This document shows, in pieces, positions 44,445-53,805 of a DNA stretch of 64,000 nt. The translations under genes were made by a program, and so were the position numbers. Origin of the DNA: a virus; the IMG/VR virus record IMGVR_UViG_3300013131_000021. One strand, written 5' to 3'. Within the stretch, counting starts at the first letter, position 1, and each line of letters begins with the position of its first letter. The notes under the pieces were generated by a model that saw nothing but the letters and a program-made list of their open reading frames with translations, had not been told where the DNA came from and ran no database searches.

Positions 44445-45299
44445 ATGGCAGACAACAAATTATTGCAACAGATGCTTGAGCATCTGGTGAACGATGATCA
44501 GCAAAAAGCTGAAGAACTATTCCACGAGTATGTAGTAGCGAAATCTCGTGAAATCTACGAAAGCTTAATCGATTCTGAAATCGCAGAAGAAGCAGAAGAG
44601 GACGATGAAGACGAAGATGAAGAAATGGATGAAGCTGCTAAATCTGAAAAAGAAGAAGATGAAGAAGATCTAGACGAAGAATTTGAAGATATCGCTATCG
44701 AAGCAGACGACGAAGAAATGGGCGGTATGGGCGGAGACGCAACAGATGACCTAGAAGGTGATTTAGAAATGGGCGGCGAAGAAGGCGAAAAAAGCGAAGA
44801 AGAGCTTTTCATGGATTTAGAGTCTATCGTTGACGAACTACAGGCCAAATTCGACGAGCTTAAGGGCGATGACATGAGCGACATGGGCGATGATGACATG
44901 GGCGGCATGGACGACAAAATGAAAGACGATTTCGATCTAGAAACAGTCCGTGAGTATGTAGAAAAAGTTCCAGCCGGACATGGCGCAGAAAAGAAGGGCG
45001 CAGGCGAAAAAGCTGACAGCACAAAATCCGTTATTGATAACATGAAGAACGATATGGGCGGTACCACTGCAAATATTTTAAGTGGACGCGATGGTGCTTC
45101 TGGTTCTGAAACAGGCGCTTTGAAAGGCAACGGCCTTTTAAAAGGCAAAGCACAAGAAGACAATGCTGGTAATATCAATGTTCCAGGCGGTAAAGCAGGC
45201 GGTGCTTTCTCTACCAAAGAGCCAGGACATGGCGCTGAAAAGAAAGGCGCAGCTGAACAAGCTGATAACAAGCAAAGCCTTTTCCGTGGTCGTAGATAA
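44445..45299 (+). CDS. Prohead core protein, highly acidic, 284 aa
   Basis: Immediately precedes the protease, as T4 gp67/gp68 do. D/E-rich, with multiple L/I-X-E sites and an internal GHGAEKKGA duplication. Confidence 0.65.
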   Translation: MADNKLLQQMLEHLVNDDQQKAEELFHEYVVAKSREIYESLIDSEIAEEAEEDDEDEDEEMDEAAKSEKEEDEEDLDEEFEDIAIEADDEEMGGMGGDATDDLEGDLEMGGEEGEKSEEELFMDLESIVDELQAKFDELKGDDMSDMGDDDMGGMDDKMKDDFDLETVREYVEKVPAGHGAEKKGAGEKADSTKSVIDNMKNDMGGTTANILSGRDGASGSETGALKGNGLLKGKAQEDNAGNINVPGGKAGGAFSTKEPGHGAEKKGAAEQADNKQSLFRGRR

Positions 45300-45311
45300 T
45301 AGGACGTATAG

Positions 45312-45941
45312 GTGAAAACTACTCTATCAGAACATTTGAGTTTTGATCAGGCTAAGATTGTCTTAGAGCGAGATGAGAGCAGCGACGGCAAAAAGTCGCT
45401 GCACTTAAACGGGATTTGCATTCAGGGCGATATCCGCAATGCAAATCAACGTGTTTATTCTTCTCAAGAAATTGGCAGGGCTGTCAAGACGCTCAATGAA
45501 CAGATCGCTGGTGGATACTCCGTTCTTGGAGAAGTTGATCATCCTCAGGATTTAAAAATCAATCTAGATCGTGTTAGTCATATGATTACCAAGATGTGGA
45601 TGGACGGTCCTAACGGCTACGGAAAACTTAAAGTACTCCCCACTCCAATGGGTCAATTAGTTTCGACTATGTTGGAGTCGGGAGTTAAGTTGGGAGTAAG
45701 TAGTAGAGGCTCAGGCGAAGTAGATGGTAGTGGTAATGTTCAAGGATTTGAAATTATCACAGTTGACGTAGTAGCACAACCTTCCGCTCCGGGAGCATAC
45801 CCAACACCAGTTTATGAACACTTGATGAACAACACAGGTGGCTATCAGGCATATAAAATAGCACAAGAAGTTCAAGGCGATCCACAGGCACAGAAATACC
45901 TAGCAGAGAGTCTGAAGAAAATTATTTCTAGACTCAGATAA
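45312..45941 (+). CDS. gp21: Prohead protease
   Basis: GICIQGDIRNANQRVY, GEVDHP, LGVSSRGSG and DVVAQPSAPGAY motifs. Confidence 0.95.
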   Translation: MKTTLSEHLSFDQAKIVLERDESSDGKKSLHLNGICIQGDIRNANQRVYSSQEIGRAVKTLNEQIAGGYSVLGEVDHPQDLKINLDRVSHMITKMWMDGPNGYGKLKVLPTPMGQLVSTMLESGVKLGVSSRGSGEVDGSGNVQGFEIITVDVVAQPSAPGAYPTPVYEHLMNNTGGYQAYKIAQEVQGDPQAQKYLAESLKKIISRLR

Positions 45942-45954
45942 CAAGGAGAATCAC

Positions 45955-47046
45955 ATGTTAGATATCGTAAAACAGTTGTTTGAAAACAATGTGATTTCCG
46001 AAGAGATCAAATCGGAAATTGAATCCGCTTGGCAAAGCAGAATTCAAGAAAACCGTGATCAAGTCACTGCTGAACTACGTGAAGAATTTGCACAGAAATA
46101 CGAACATGACAAGAGCGCAATGGTAGAAGCTGTTGAAGCTATGTTATCAGATCGTCTACAAGCAGAACTAGGAGAGTTAGCTGAAGATCGTCAAGGTCTT
46201 ATCGAAGCTCGTGCCAAGTACGCAAAGAAAATGAAAGATGATGCAACCGCTATGGAAGCATTTGTCCTAAATAATCTTAAAAAAGAACTAGCAGAACTAC
46301 ACGAAGATCGTAAAGCAGTAGCAGATAATGTTGCTAAATTTGAATCTTTCATCGTGGATGCACTAGCGAAAGAAATCGCAGAATTCCACACAGACAAAAA
46401 AGACCTAGCAGAAACTAAGGTTCGCCTAGTTCGCGAGAGCAAGGCTAAGTTTGAAGCTGTAAAGAAAGAATTTATTGAGCGTTCGTCTAAGATCGTACAA
46501 GAAACAGTCTCTAAAGGACTGCGTTCTGAAATGACTAAGCTACGCGAAGACATTGAAGCAGCCCGTAAAAATGACTTTGGTCGCAGAATTTTTGAATCTT
46601 TTGCAAGCGAATACGCTGCAAGTCATCTTAATGAAAAATCTGAAACAGCAAAACTATTGAAAGTAGTTGCTGTAAAAGAATCTGAATTAGAAGAGGCAGC
46701 AAAAATTGTTGCAGAAACACAAAAACTAGTAGAAAGTAAAGAAACAGAATTACGTGTCGCCAAAGATATGAGTGTTCGCAAAGAAGTTATGAGCGAATTG
46801 CTTGGACCATTAACTGGAGATAAGCGTTCTGTAATGAACGAATTACTAGAATCTGTTCAAACTGAAAAGCTACGTACAGCTTTCGACAAATACCTACCAG
46901 CAGTAATGAATGGTGGAACACCGGCGAAGAAAGTACTATCAGAAGGCAAAGAAATTACAGGCGATAAGCAGGCACCTACAATCGGCGGAGAGGAAAAAAC
47001 CGCTGAAATTTTTGACATCCGCAGGCTTGCGGGACTAAAAGTTTAA
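45955..47046 (+). CDS. gp22: Prohead scaffold protein
   Basis: Coiled-coil E/K/A-rich protein between protease and capsid, ending in RRLAGL. AAGGAG SD. Confidence 0.85.
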   Translation: MLDIVKQLFENNVISEEIKSEIESAWQSRIQENRDQVTAELREEFAQKYEHDKSAMVEAVEAMLSDRLQAELGELAEDRQGLIEARAKYAKKMKDDATAMEAFVLNNLKKELAELHEDRKAVADNVAKFESFIVDALAKEIAEFHTDKKDLAETKVRLVRESKAKFEAVKKEFIERSSKIVQETVSKGLRSEMTKLREDIEAARKNDFGRRIFESFASEYAASHLNEKSETAKLLKVVAVKESELEEAAKIVAETQKLVESKETELRVAKDMSVRKEVMSELLGPLTGDKRSVMNELLESVQTEKLRTAFDKYLPAVMNGGTPAKKVLSEGKEITGDKQAPTIGGEEKTAEIFDIRRLAGLKV

Positions 47047-47057
47047 GGAGAACTATA

Positions 47058-48227
47058 ATGTCACAACTACTCGAGTCACGCTGGTCGGAAACCAAAGAGG
47101 CACTATTAGAAGGCCTACAAGGTAACAAGCGTCAAGTTATGGCAACAACTCTAGAGAATACTCGCAAGTATTTGGCAGAGTCTGCCACTGCTGGTGCTAC
47201 ATCCGCCGGTAATGTTGCAACACTAAATCGTGTGATCCTACCAGTGATCAGACGTGTAATGCCAACCGTTATTGCTAACGAGTTGGTAGGCGTACAGCCA
47301 TTAACTGGACCAGTCGGTCAAATCCATACCCTACGTGTTCGCTATGCAGATACATTTGCTGGCACCGTTGGCGGAGCTACCGTAGCTGGTGAAGAGGCAT
47401 TAAGCCCATTCAAGATTGCAGAAGGCTATTCTGGTACAACAGTTGGTAAACCTGCTGCTACAGCGGCACTAGAAGGTGTTGCTGGAAATAGACTAAGCAT
47501 TCAAATCTTGAAGCAAACTGTAGAAGCTAAGACCAGAAAGCTATCAGCTCGCTGGACATTTGAAGCTGCTCAGGATGCACAAGCACAACAAGGTATCGAT
47601 ATTGAAGCTGAAATCATGGCTGCTTTAGCACAAGAAATCACTGCTGAAATCGATCAAGAAGTTCTACGTAGCCTAGCTACATTGAGCTCGACAGTTTTAA
47701 CATACGATCAAGCTGCTGTATCTGGTACAGCAACATTTGTTGGTGATGAGCATGCAGCTTTAGCTGTTCAAATCAACCGTGCTGCTAACTTGATTGCTCA
47801 GCGTACACGTCGTGGTGCTGGTAATTGGGCCGTTGTATCCCCAACTACACTAACATTGCTACAAAGCGCAACAACTTCTGCATTCGCAAGAACCACAGAA
47901 GGTACGTTTGAAGCACCTACAAACACCAAGTTTGTTGGTACATTGAACAGCGCAATGAAAGTATATGTTAACACATATGCTGAAAACGACAACGTTTTAG
48001 TTGGATACAAAGGATCCAGCGAAAGCGATGCAGCAGCATTCTACTGCCCATACATTCCATTGATGAGCAGCGGTGTTGTTCTAGATCCATCAACCTTCGA
48101 ACCAGTCGTATCATTCATGACACGTTATGGTTATGTTGAGTTGACAAATACAGCTTCGTCTCTAGGTAATGCAGCTGACTACCTAGCAACTGTTGCTGTA
48201 ACATCTGCAAATCTACGTTTTGCTTAA
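47058..48227 (+). CDS. gp23: Major capsid protein, 389 aa
   Basis: IRRVMPTVIANELVGVQPLTGP, VEAKTRKLSARWTFE, LAQEITAEIDQE, AAFYCPYIPL and FMTRYG are gp23 motifs. Confidence 0.97.
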   Translation: MSQLLESRWSETKEALLEGLQGNKRQVMATTLENTRKYLAESATAGATSAGNVATLNRVILPVIRRVMPTVIANELVGVQPLTGPVGQIHTLRVRYADTFAGTVGGATVAGEEALSPFKIAEGYSGTTVGKPAATAALEGVAGNRLSIQILKQTVEAKTRKLSARWTFEAAQDAQAQQGIDIEAEIMAALAQEITAEIDQEVLRSLATLSSTVLTYDQAAVSGTATFVGDEHAALAVQINRAANLIAQRTRRGAGNWAVVSPTTLTLLQSATTSAFARTTEGTFEAPTNTKFVGTLNSAMKVYVNTYAENDNVLVGYKGSSESDAAAFYCPYIPLMSSGVVLDPSTFEPVVSFMTRYGYVELTNTASSLGNAADYLATVAVTSANLRFA

Positions 48228-48250
48228 TTCGTAAGAATAGTAAACGTTTG

Positions 48251-48276
48251 CAAAAAGCCCCGAAAGGGGCTTTTTG
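48251..48276. terminator. Bidirectional Rho-independent terminator
   Basis: caaaaagcccc-GAAA-ggggctttttg immediately after the capsid gene. Confidence 0.9.
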
Positions 48277-48282
48277 TTTGGT

Positions 48283-48289
48283 GTAAATA
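48283..48289 (+). promoter_or_regulatory. Late promoter GTAAATA
   Basis: Just after the terminator, 5 nt before ATG 48295. Confidence 0.55.
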
Positions 48290-48294
48290 TCAGC

Positions 48295-48564
48295 ATGCAT
48301 ATCGAAAGCGAAAAAGATTTTCCAGAATTACGCAGACAATTTTTTGTTTGGCGAAAAAGATTTCCTATGTTTATTCATGACGTTCATCAAATAGAACACA
48401 TCATAGAAGAACATATTCAAAAATATAGTATAGCACTAGTTCATTATAGACAAAGGCACAGCACATCATATCTAGAAATCGCACAGAAAGAAATAGATGA
48501 AATAAACAGAGTATTATCTACTGTTGGTAAATTGGAACTTATGGCTCTACTGTCCGAAAGATAA
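48295..48564 (+). CDS. Hypothetical helical protein, 89 aa
   Basis: ATG 48295 is preferred over the track start at 48274, which lies inside the terminator. Confidence 0.65.
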   Translation: MHIESEKDFPELRRQFFVWRKRFPMFIHDVHQIEHIIEEHIQKYSIALVHYRQRHSTSYLEIAQKEIDEINRVLSTVGKLELMALLSER

Positions 48565-48664
48565 ATACATTGTCTATATATGGACCGCATATTGCGGACT
48601 TATGCTGTACCCACAGCGTAGCGGCTAGAACCCGCATTAGACTTCTAATTAAAGGAGAAAACAA
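48560..48664 (+). promoter_or_regulatory. Late promoter GATAAATA plus a four-hairpin structured 5' leader
   Basis: Hairpins at 48585-97, 48601-20, 48621-35 and 48636-49, then AAGGAG SD at 48652-57. Confidence 0.6.
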
Positions 48665-49069
48665 ATGGGACGTCCATTAAGAAAAGATGTAAATGGTGTC
48701 GATGTCATCGGCACACCAGCCAGCAATACCGGAGTAAGAGTAGAAGCATTTTTTGGAGGCGCAGCTTACACTGATGCCACATTTAATCCAGCCACAAATT
48801 ACGCTTATATCTATAAGCAAAGAGGAGCTAAAACCTTTGTTGTGCAAAATCAGGCAGGTGCTAAATCCGAACCTCTCGTATTGCAATCTGTAATACCAGC
48901 GGCCAACGGACAGATGAGGTTAAATGGATTTATTGGAGGCAATGGATCGGCTCCAACACCTTTAGCAAAAATTACCAAGCGTGTAGCAATTGATTTCTCT
49001 GGTAATCGATACACATGGCAGCTAGTTAATGATTCAACTAGCGATTATATCGCCTTAACAGCTCTATAA
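48665..49069 (+). CDS. Putative virion structural/decoration protein (MGRP N-terminus), 134 aa
   Basis: Strong SD and a late promoter. First gene of the post-capsid fibre operon. Confidence 0.6.
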   Translation: MGRPLRKDVNGVDVIGTPASNTGVRVEAFFGGAAYTDATFNPATNYAYIYKQRGAKTFVVQNQAGAKSEPLVLQSVIPAANGQMRLNGFIGGNGSAPTPLAKITKRVAIDFSGNRYTWQLVNDSTSDYIALTAL

Positions 49070-49082
49070 TTAAGGAAAAGTG

Positions 49083-50159
49083 ATGGGACAGTTTCTCCGC
49101 GTCAACGGTGATTATAATATTAAAACAGCAGAAGGTGCTAAAATTACCTTTGATACTGGACCTGCTAGCAGTGGCGGGTCGGTGCGTATCACAGGAAATC
49201 TTGTAGTAGAAGGCGAAACAATTTCTGTTGAAGCAGCAAATTTAAATGTTGTAGATAATATTATTACATTGAACGATGGAGAAACTGGAGCAGGAGTAAC
49301 ATTAATTTATTCAGGTATAGAAATTGATAGAGGAACAAGTGCAGCCGTATCGTTTCTTTACAACGAAACAGACGACACTTGGTTATTTGGAAACAATTCT
49401 GCTCCCGGACCTTTTAATTTTGATGAAAGTAATATTAGAGTAAGACGGATTAAGACTAATGCTACCACGGACGATGGAGATCTTACTTTAATCGGTACAG
49501 GTACAGGTGTCGTAAAAGTTATAGGTACAGATACTTATGAAGATCAAGTCACGCACGACGATGATATTCCAAACAAGAAATATGTAGATGATTCTATCTT
49601 AAATAATCCAACTTTCCAGATTGTAGCTCCACAAAGTCAAGATACTAGAGTTACAATTGCTGATAAAGAAATCACTCCAAACGTAGCAGGTCAACAAGGA
49701 TCTTTGGCATTTTTTACTGCTGAAACAGGATTTAGTACCTACGGCGAAAGCGCCGTATCGGTTATTGTAGATAATAGTTTAATTGCTCAATTTTATCCTA
49801 ATAGATTAGAAGTAGGCGATTTAGAATTTGCAGGTGGTATAGATCGAAACGAAATAACCAGCAGAGCAGGTATAACTAACGAAAATATCATCATACGAAC
49901 CCAGGGTACTGGTAAATTACAGACTAATTATGCTTTACAATTAGAAAGAATCGGCACCAGCGGTGAAAGTCCTCCCCTAGCCGCACCATTTACACCCGTT
50001 ACTCCTGCCTATGTCAGTGGCAGTACATTGTTGTATGCTGCAAGTCCGGCAATTGGTCAAACTGGTTTATGGTTTGTGAATGACAGTACCGATGCAACAA
50101 AACGTACTGGAGAATTAATAAGTAAAAATAAAGCATTGGTGTTTGCGATGCTTTTTTAA
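49083..50159 (+). CDS. Fibre-like structural protein, ~358 aa
   Basis: Contains the ITGNLVVEGET..V.DNIITLN segment shared with the baseplate fibres, and a DDIPNKKYVD neck motif. Confidence 0.65.
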   Translation: MGQFLRVNGDYNIKTAEGAKITFDTGPASSGGSVRITGNLVVEGETISVEAANLNVVDNIITLNDGETGAGVTLIYSGIEIDRGTSAAVSFLYNETDDTWLFGNNSAPGPFNFDESNIRVRRIKTNATTDDGDLTLIGTGTGVVKVIGTDTYEDQVTHDDDIPNKKYVDDSILNNPTFQIVAPQSQDTRVTIADKEITPNVAGQQGSLAFFTAETGFSTYGESAVSVIVDNSLIAQFYPNRLEVGDLEFAGGIDRNEITSRAGITNENIIIRTQGTGKLQTNYALQLERIGTSGESPPLAAPFTPVTPAYVSGSTLLYAASPAIGQTGLWFVNDSTDATKRTGELISKNKALVFAMLF

Positions 50160-50168
50160 GAGGCAGAT

Positions 50169-50603
50169 ATGATAAGAAATTATGAAAATCCAGAAGGAAC
50201 AATATTTTTAATTGATTCTTCTTCAGTAACAATTCCTGTAAAAGTGTTTACAGGATCTACTAACGGTTCGCCGATAGGAACCTCATTACCGGTAGGACAT
50301 CCTGAAGGTCCAGGATCTTCAGTGTCTCGATCGCATGCAATAACAACTATAGCATTTTGTAATACAGCAGCACCAAACAGTTCTGACGAAACTATTAATT
50401 CAGTAAATGTAAATGTGTATCTAGTAAGACGAGGACAATCATATGTTGCTGGAAATTTAATAGTAAGCAATTTAACAGTACCTGCAGGCGAAACTGTATT
50501 CTTTTCTGAAGAAAGAGTTGTATTAGACGGAGGAGACGAAATTTGGGTAGGTACATCTTCATCAGCTAGACTTTCTGTTACTGTGAGCGCATTACCAGTA
50601 TGA
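50169..50603 (+). CDS. Small beta-rich structural/adaptor protein, 144 aa
   Basis: Paralogous pattern with 53463-53795 (CN....V.V..V; L.VP..ET; E..VL). Confidence 0.6.
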   Translation: MIRNYENPEGTIFLIDSSSVTIPVKVFTGSTNGSPIGTSLPVGHPEGPGSSVSRSHAITTIAFCNTAAPNSSDETINSVNVNVYLVRRGQSYVAGNLIVSNLTVPAGETVFFSEERVVLDGGDEIWVGTSSSARLSVTVSALPV

Positions 50604-51175
50604 AATTCCTAAAAACAAAAAATATTTCTAAATTTAGCATCAATGATCGTGCTCTAATTTATTATCCTGGAGGAAACGGACCAGGTAATAGAATAGTAAT
50701 GAATGCTAAAGGCGGATTAATGCTACCTAAAGGCAGCACTGCTGAAAGGCCGCAACTTACCAGCGTGAGACAGCCTACAGATGCCAACGGTACACTTAGA
50801 TATAATACATCTTTAAATATCTTAGAAGCGTATGTTGGTGGTTCTTGGGTTACTGTAGCTAGCTCATTAGCAGGCGCAATTACAAAACAAACCTTAGGAC
50901 CGGGCGATGGAGTAGAAACGGTGTTTGGACCGTTAAACGCAAGTTATGTTAGTTCTTATTCTGCTAGTGCAGATAATATAATCGTATTAGTGGAAAATGT
51001 AATGCAGATTTCCACAACTAACTATTCTGTTCAGCAGAGTGTTAGCGGTAGCTTAACAGGTCCCAATGCTCCTTATGCAGACGGTTGGTATGTAAAATTT
51101 ACATCAGCAGTTCCGGCCACAGGCGGAATGGGAAATCCAGTTTACGTAACTATCTATTACGGGTACGCTAATTAA
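50600..51175 (+). CDS. Fibre connector protein, 191 aa
   Basis: LPKGSTAERP...GTLRYNT...LEAYVGGSW fibre-joint motif. Confidence 0.6.
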   Translation: MKFLKTKNISKFSINDRALIYYPGGNGPGNRIVMNAKGGLMLPKGSTAERPQLTSVRQPTDANGTLRYNTSLNILEAYVGGSWVTVASSLAGAITKQTLGPGDGVETVFGPLNASYVSSYSASADNIIVLVENVMQISTTNYSVQQSVSGSLTGPNAPYADGWYVKFTSAVPATGGMGNPVYVTIYYGYAN

Positions 51176-51177
51176 TC

Positions 51178-52272
51178 ATGAGTCAAATAGGACGTATAGG
51201 CGGTCAGGTTTTAACAGACAACCTACTACGAGCAGGGGTAGATCTAGCCTTTGAAACAGATCTTTTATATCTAGATGTTACAAATAGACGAATAGGTATC
51301 AAAGATTCTACTCCCTCATACGAACTTGACGTAAATTCAAATATAAAAACCACTGATCTAACAGTTGACACACAGGTCGCAACAGGTAATCTAAGAATAA
51401 ACACAAATACAATCTCAACATTGGTGGGAGGTATTTCAGTTTTTATCGCAGGATCAGAACTATTCCATGATAGATTAACCACTGCAAGTTTAATTTTTGA
51501 TGATAATAAAATTAGTTCTATAAGTAATTCTAATATTATTTTTGACCCTAATGGATCAGGTACAGTAGATATTAAATCTAGCACTGACATAACTGGAGAC
51601 TTAGCAGTTTCTGGAAATATAAACATGGCTGGTGATTTAACAGGAATAGCGAATATCATAATTGGTGATCAAACTATAGATACAGTTACTGTAAACACCG
51701 ATTTTACACAAAGTATAATTCCTGGAGATGATCTAACATATGCATTAGGCGCGGACGCAGCAGATTCGAGCCCTAGAAGATGGGCTCAAATTTATGCACC
51801 AGATTGGAACAATATTATAAATGCTGCAGGATGGGCTGGAAGCGGAATAAATCCGTTATCAGTCACCGTCAGCGAACAACTAAAATTAGATGGTGTTATC
51901 AATAAAATATCTGGCCTTCAATCTAATGAGGATGTGATATTAAATCCCGACACAGGTATAACTTTCATAGAAAGAACTAAATGGGAAAACAATGACATTA
52001 CAAACCTTAATAATACTCCTATAACGTTGGCAAGTACCGGTATAGGTTATACCAGAGTCATAGGTACTGATGCCATGGTTATTCCCTCAGGCACAGATGC
52101 AGAAAGACGAGTATCCCCAGAATTAGGTGAAACTCGTTGGAACACAGATCAACAATATCTAGAATGTTTCGATGGTACCATATGGACAGTATCTATCGGT
52201 GGTGGTGGTGGTACTGTGACCGTTGCTGATATGGACGAATTAAGCAACATCTATACCCTCATGCTAGGTTAA
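51178..52272 (+). CDS. Fibre protein, paralog A, 364 aa
   Basis: IGRIGGQVLTDNLLRAGVDLAFETDLLYLDV N-terminus and a C-terminal PSGTDAER..GETRWNT motif. Confidence 0.7.
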   Translation: MSQIGRIGGQVLTDNLLRAGVDLAFETDLLYLDVTNRRIGIKDSTPSYELDVNSNIKTTDLTVDTQVATGNLRINTNTISTLVGGISVFIAGSELFHDRLTTASLIFDDNKISSISNSNIIFDPNGSGTVDIKSSTDITGDLAVSGNINMAGDLTGIANIIIGDQTIDTVTVNTDFTQSIIPGDDLTYALGADAADSSPRRWAQIYAPDWNNIINAAGWAGSGINPLSVTVSEQLKLDGVINKISGLQSNEDVILNPDTGITFIERTKWENNDITNLNNTPITLASTGIGYTRVIGTDAMVIPSGTDAERRVSPELGETRWNTDQQYLECFDGTIWTVSIGGGGGTVTVADMDELSNIYTLMLG

Positions 52273-52284
52273 TTTTCCATTCTG

Positions 52285-52405
52285 TATAAATACTACTAAT
52301 CGCAATTAATGACCATTTTTGCGAGATCCGACTGTGGTATACCGGCAAAGAGCGTTAGCTGAAAATCAGGTAATCCGTGCAACACGGTGTTAATTTGGAG
52401 AGCTA
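52285..52405 (+). promoter_or_regulatory. Perfect T4 late promoter TATAAATA (52285-92) plus a 113-nt structured leader
   Basis: Stems tcgca/tgcga (52300-24) and ccgtg-caa-cacgg (52375-87). GGAG SD before ATG 52406. Confidence 0.65.
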
Positions 52406-53458
52406 ATGGCTATTGGTCGTATTTCCGGTCAGCTCTTGAAGTCGAACTTGCTCCGTGCGGGCGAGAATCTGGCTTTCGAGACAGACCTTCTCTATTTGGA
52501 TGTTGTCAACTCTCGCATCGGGATCAAGACAGCAACTCCTACGAATACACTCCAAGTTAACGGTCATACAAGAACAACAAATCTCACTGTAGACAGTAAT
52601 TTAAATGTAGGAAATTTAAATTTCACAGGCAATACAATAACCAGTAATACTTCTACTATTGCTTTTGCAGCCTCTGCAGGAGAAGCAACTGTTTACCATG
52701 CTAGATTACAGATAGATGATTTACAATTACAAGGTAATATCATTTCTACTACTGTTTCTAACAGTTCAATAGAAATAGACCCCAACGGAACCGGCACTGT
52801 TAATATTATTGCAAATACTAATATTACAGGAAATTTAAATGTTTCTGGAAATATAAATGCCACAGGCAATGTAGTGATAGGCGGAAACATACAGATCGGC
52901 GATGCTCTTACAGACAATATAGTCATTAATGCTTCTATACGAAGCGATTTAGTTCCGCAAACCGACAACACATATGATTTAGGATCGGCTACATTTAGAT
53001 GGAGGGCAATCTATGCCTATGATCTTTATACCGATGCATTAAATGTACCGTTGTTGGATGTCGGAAATTTGATGTTTAGAGACAATGAAATTACCACAAC
53101 TACCGGCCAAGATTTATACATTGATGGCAACGGCGCAGGCGGTGTGAGATTAGGTAATTTTAGAATAGTAGATAATGTAATTACTAATGTAGCATCGAAT
53201 CAAATTACACAAATAGTTCAAAGCGGTACCGGATATTTTAAGATTGCTGGTACTAATGGATTCGTTCCGCCGCGCGGAACAAACGCTGAAAGACCTAGTG
53301 CTTATGCAGTATTGGGTATGACTAGATATAATACTAATTCAAAGGCTTTGGAAATTTGGGACGGAACTACATGGGCTAGTCCTGCAGGTGTGTCTGGATC
53401 AGTCAGTGCTGCACAGGCAGAAGATATCGCAATAGCATGGGCGTTAACACTAGGATAA
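52406..53458 (+). CDS. Fibre protein, paralog B, 350 aa
   Basis: IGRISGQLLKSNLLRAGENLAFETDLLYLDV is near-identical to the paralog A N-terminus. Ends with PRGTNAERP..GMTRYNT. Confidence 0.7.
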   Translation: MAIGRISGQLLKSNLLRAGENLAFETDLLYLDVVNSRIGIKTATPTNTLQVNGHTRTTNLTVDSNLNVGNLNFTGNTITSNTSTIAFAASAGEATVYHARLQIDDLQLQGNIISTTVSNSSIEIDPNGTGTVNIIANTNITGNLNVSGNINATGNVVIGGNIQIGDALTDNIVINASIRSDLVPQTDNTYDLGSATFRWRAIYAYDLYTDALNVPLLDVGNLMFRDNEITTTTGQDLYIDGNGAGGVRLGNFRIVDNVITNVASNQITQIVQSGTGYFKIAGTNGFVPPRGTNAERPSAYAVLGMTRYNTNSKALEIWDGTTWASPAGVSGSVSAAQAEDIAIAWALTLG

Positions 53459-53462
53459 GAAA

Positions 53463-53795
53463 ATGCCAACAGTATTCAAACATAGTTTAGTAACACAAAT
53501 AGGAACCAGTCCAGTGGATGTGGTAGAAATTGGCGCAGGAGTTAGAGCTACTGTAATAGGTTGTAACTTAGCTAATACAACACCATATGATACTGTAATA
53601 GCGGATGTTCAGGTTGTTGGAGAAGATACAACTACGAGTTATTATATCAAAGGACTTGCTATACCTCCTAATACATCTGTTAAGGTTATTACACAAGGTG
53701 AAAAGTTAATACTACCTCAAAATACTTTTTTAAGAGTTACAACAGATGTAGTAGATAGCATAGATGCCACAGTCAGTTATGTAGAGATTTCTTAA
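53463..53795 (+). CDS. Small beta-rich structural/adaptor protein, 110 aa
   Basis: Paralog of 50169-50603; lies within the late operon. Confidence 0.6.
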   Translation: MPTVFKHSLVTQIGTSPVDVVEIGAGVRATVIGCNLANTTPYDTVIADVQVVGEDTTTSYYIKGLAIPPNTSVKVITQGEKLILPQNTFLRVTTDVVDSIDATVSYVEIS

Positions 53796-53805
53796 GGAGA
53801 ATAAG

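Noticed and set aside
44580-44930. Repetitive gaagaa/gacgac tract as a tandem DNA repeat
   Set aside because: Explained by acidic low-complexity coding in the prohead core protein; no fixed period.
38882-46553. Long minus-strand ORFs (38882-39622, 40502-41092, 41954-42424, 44555-45271, 46191-46553)
   Set aside because: They mirror real plus-strand genes. The Ser/Leu-rich translations are the expected reverse complement of Glu/Asp/Lys codons.
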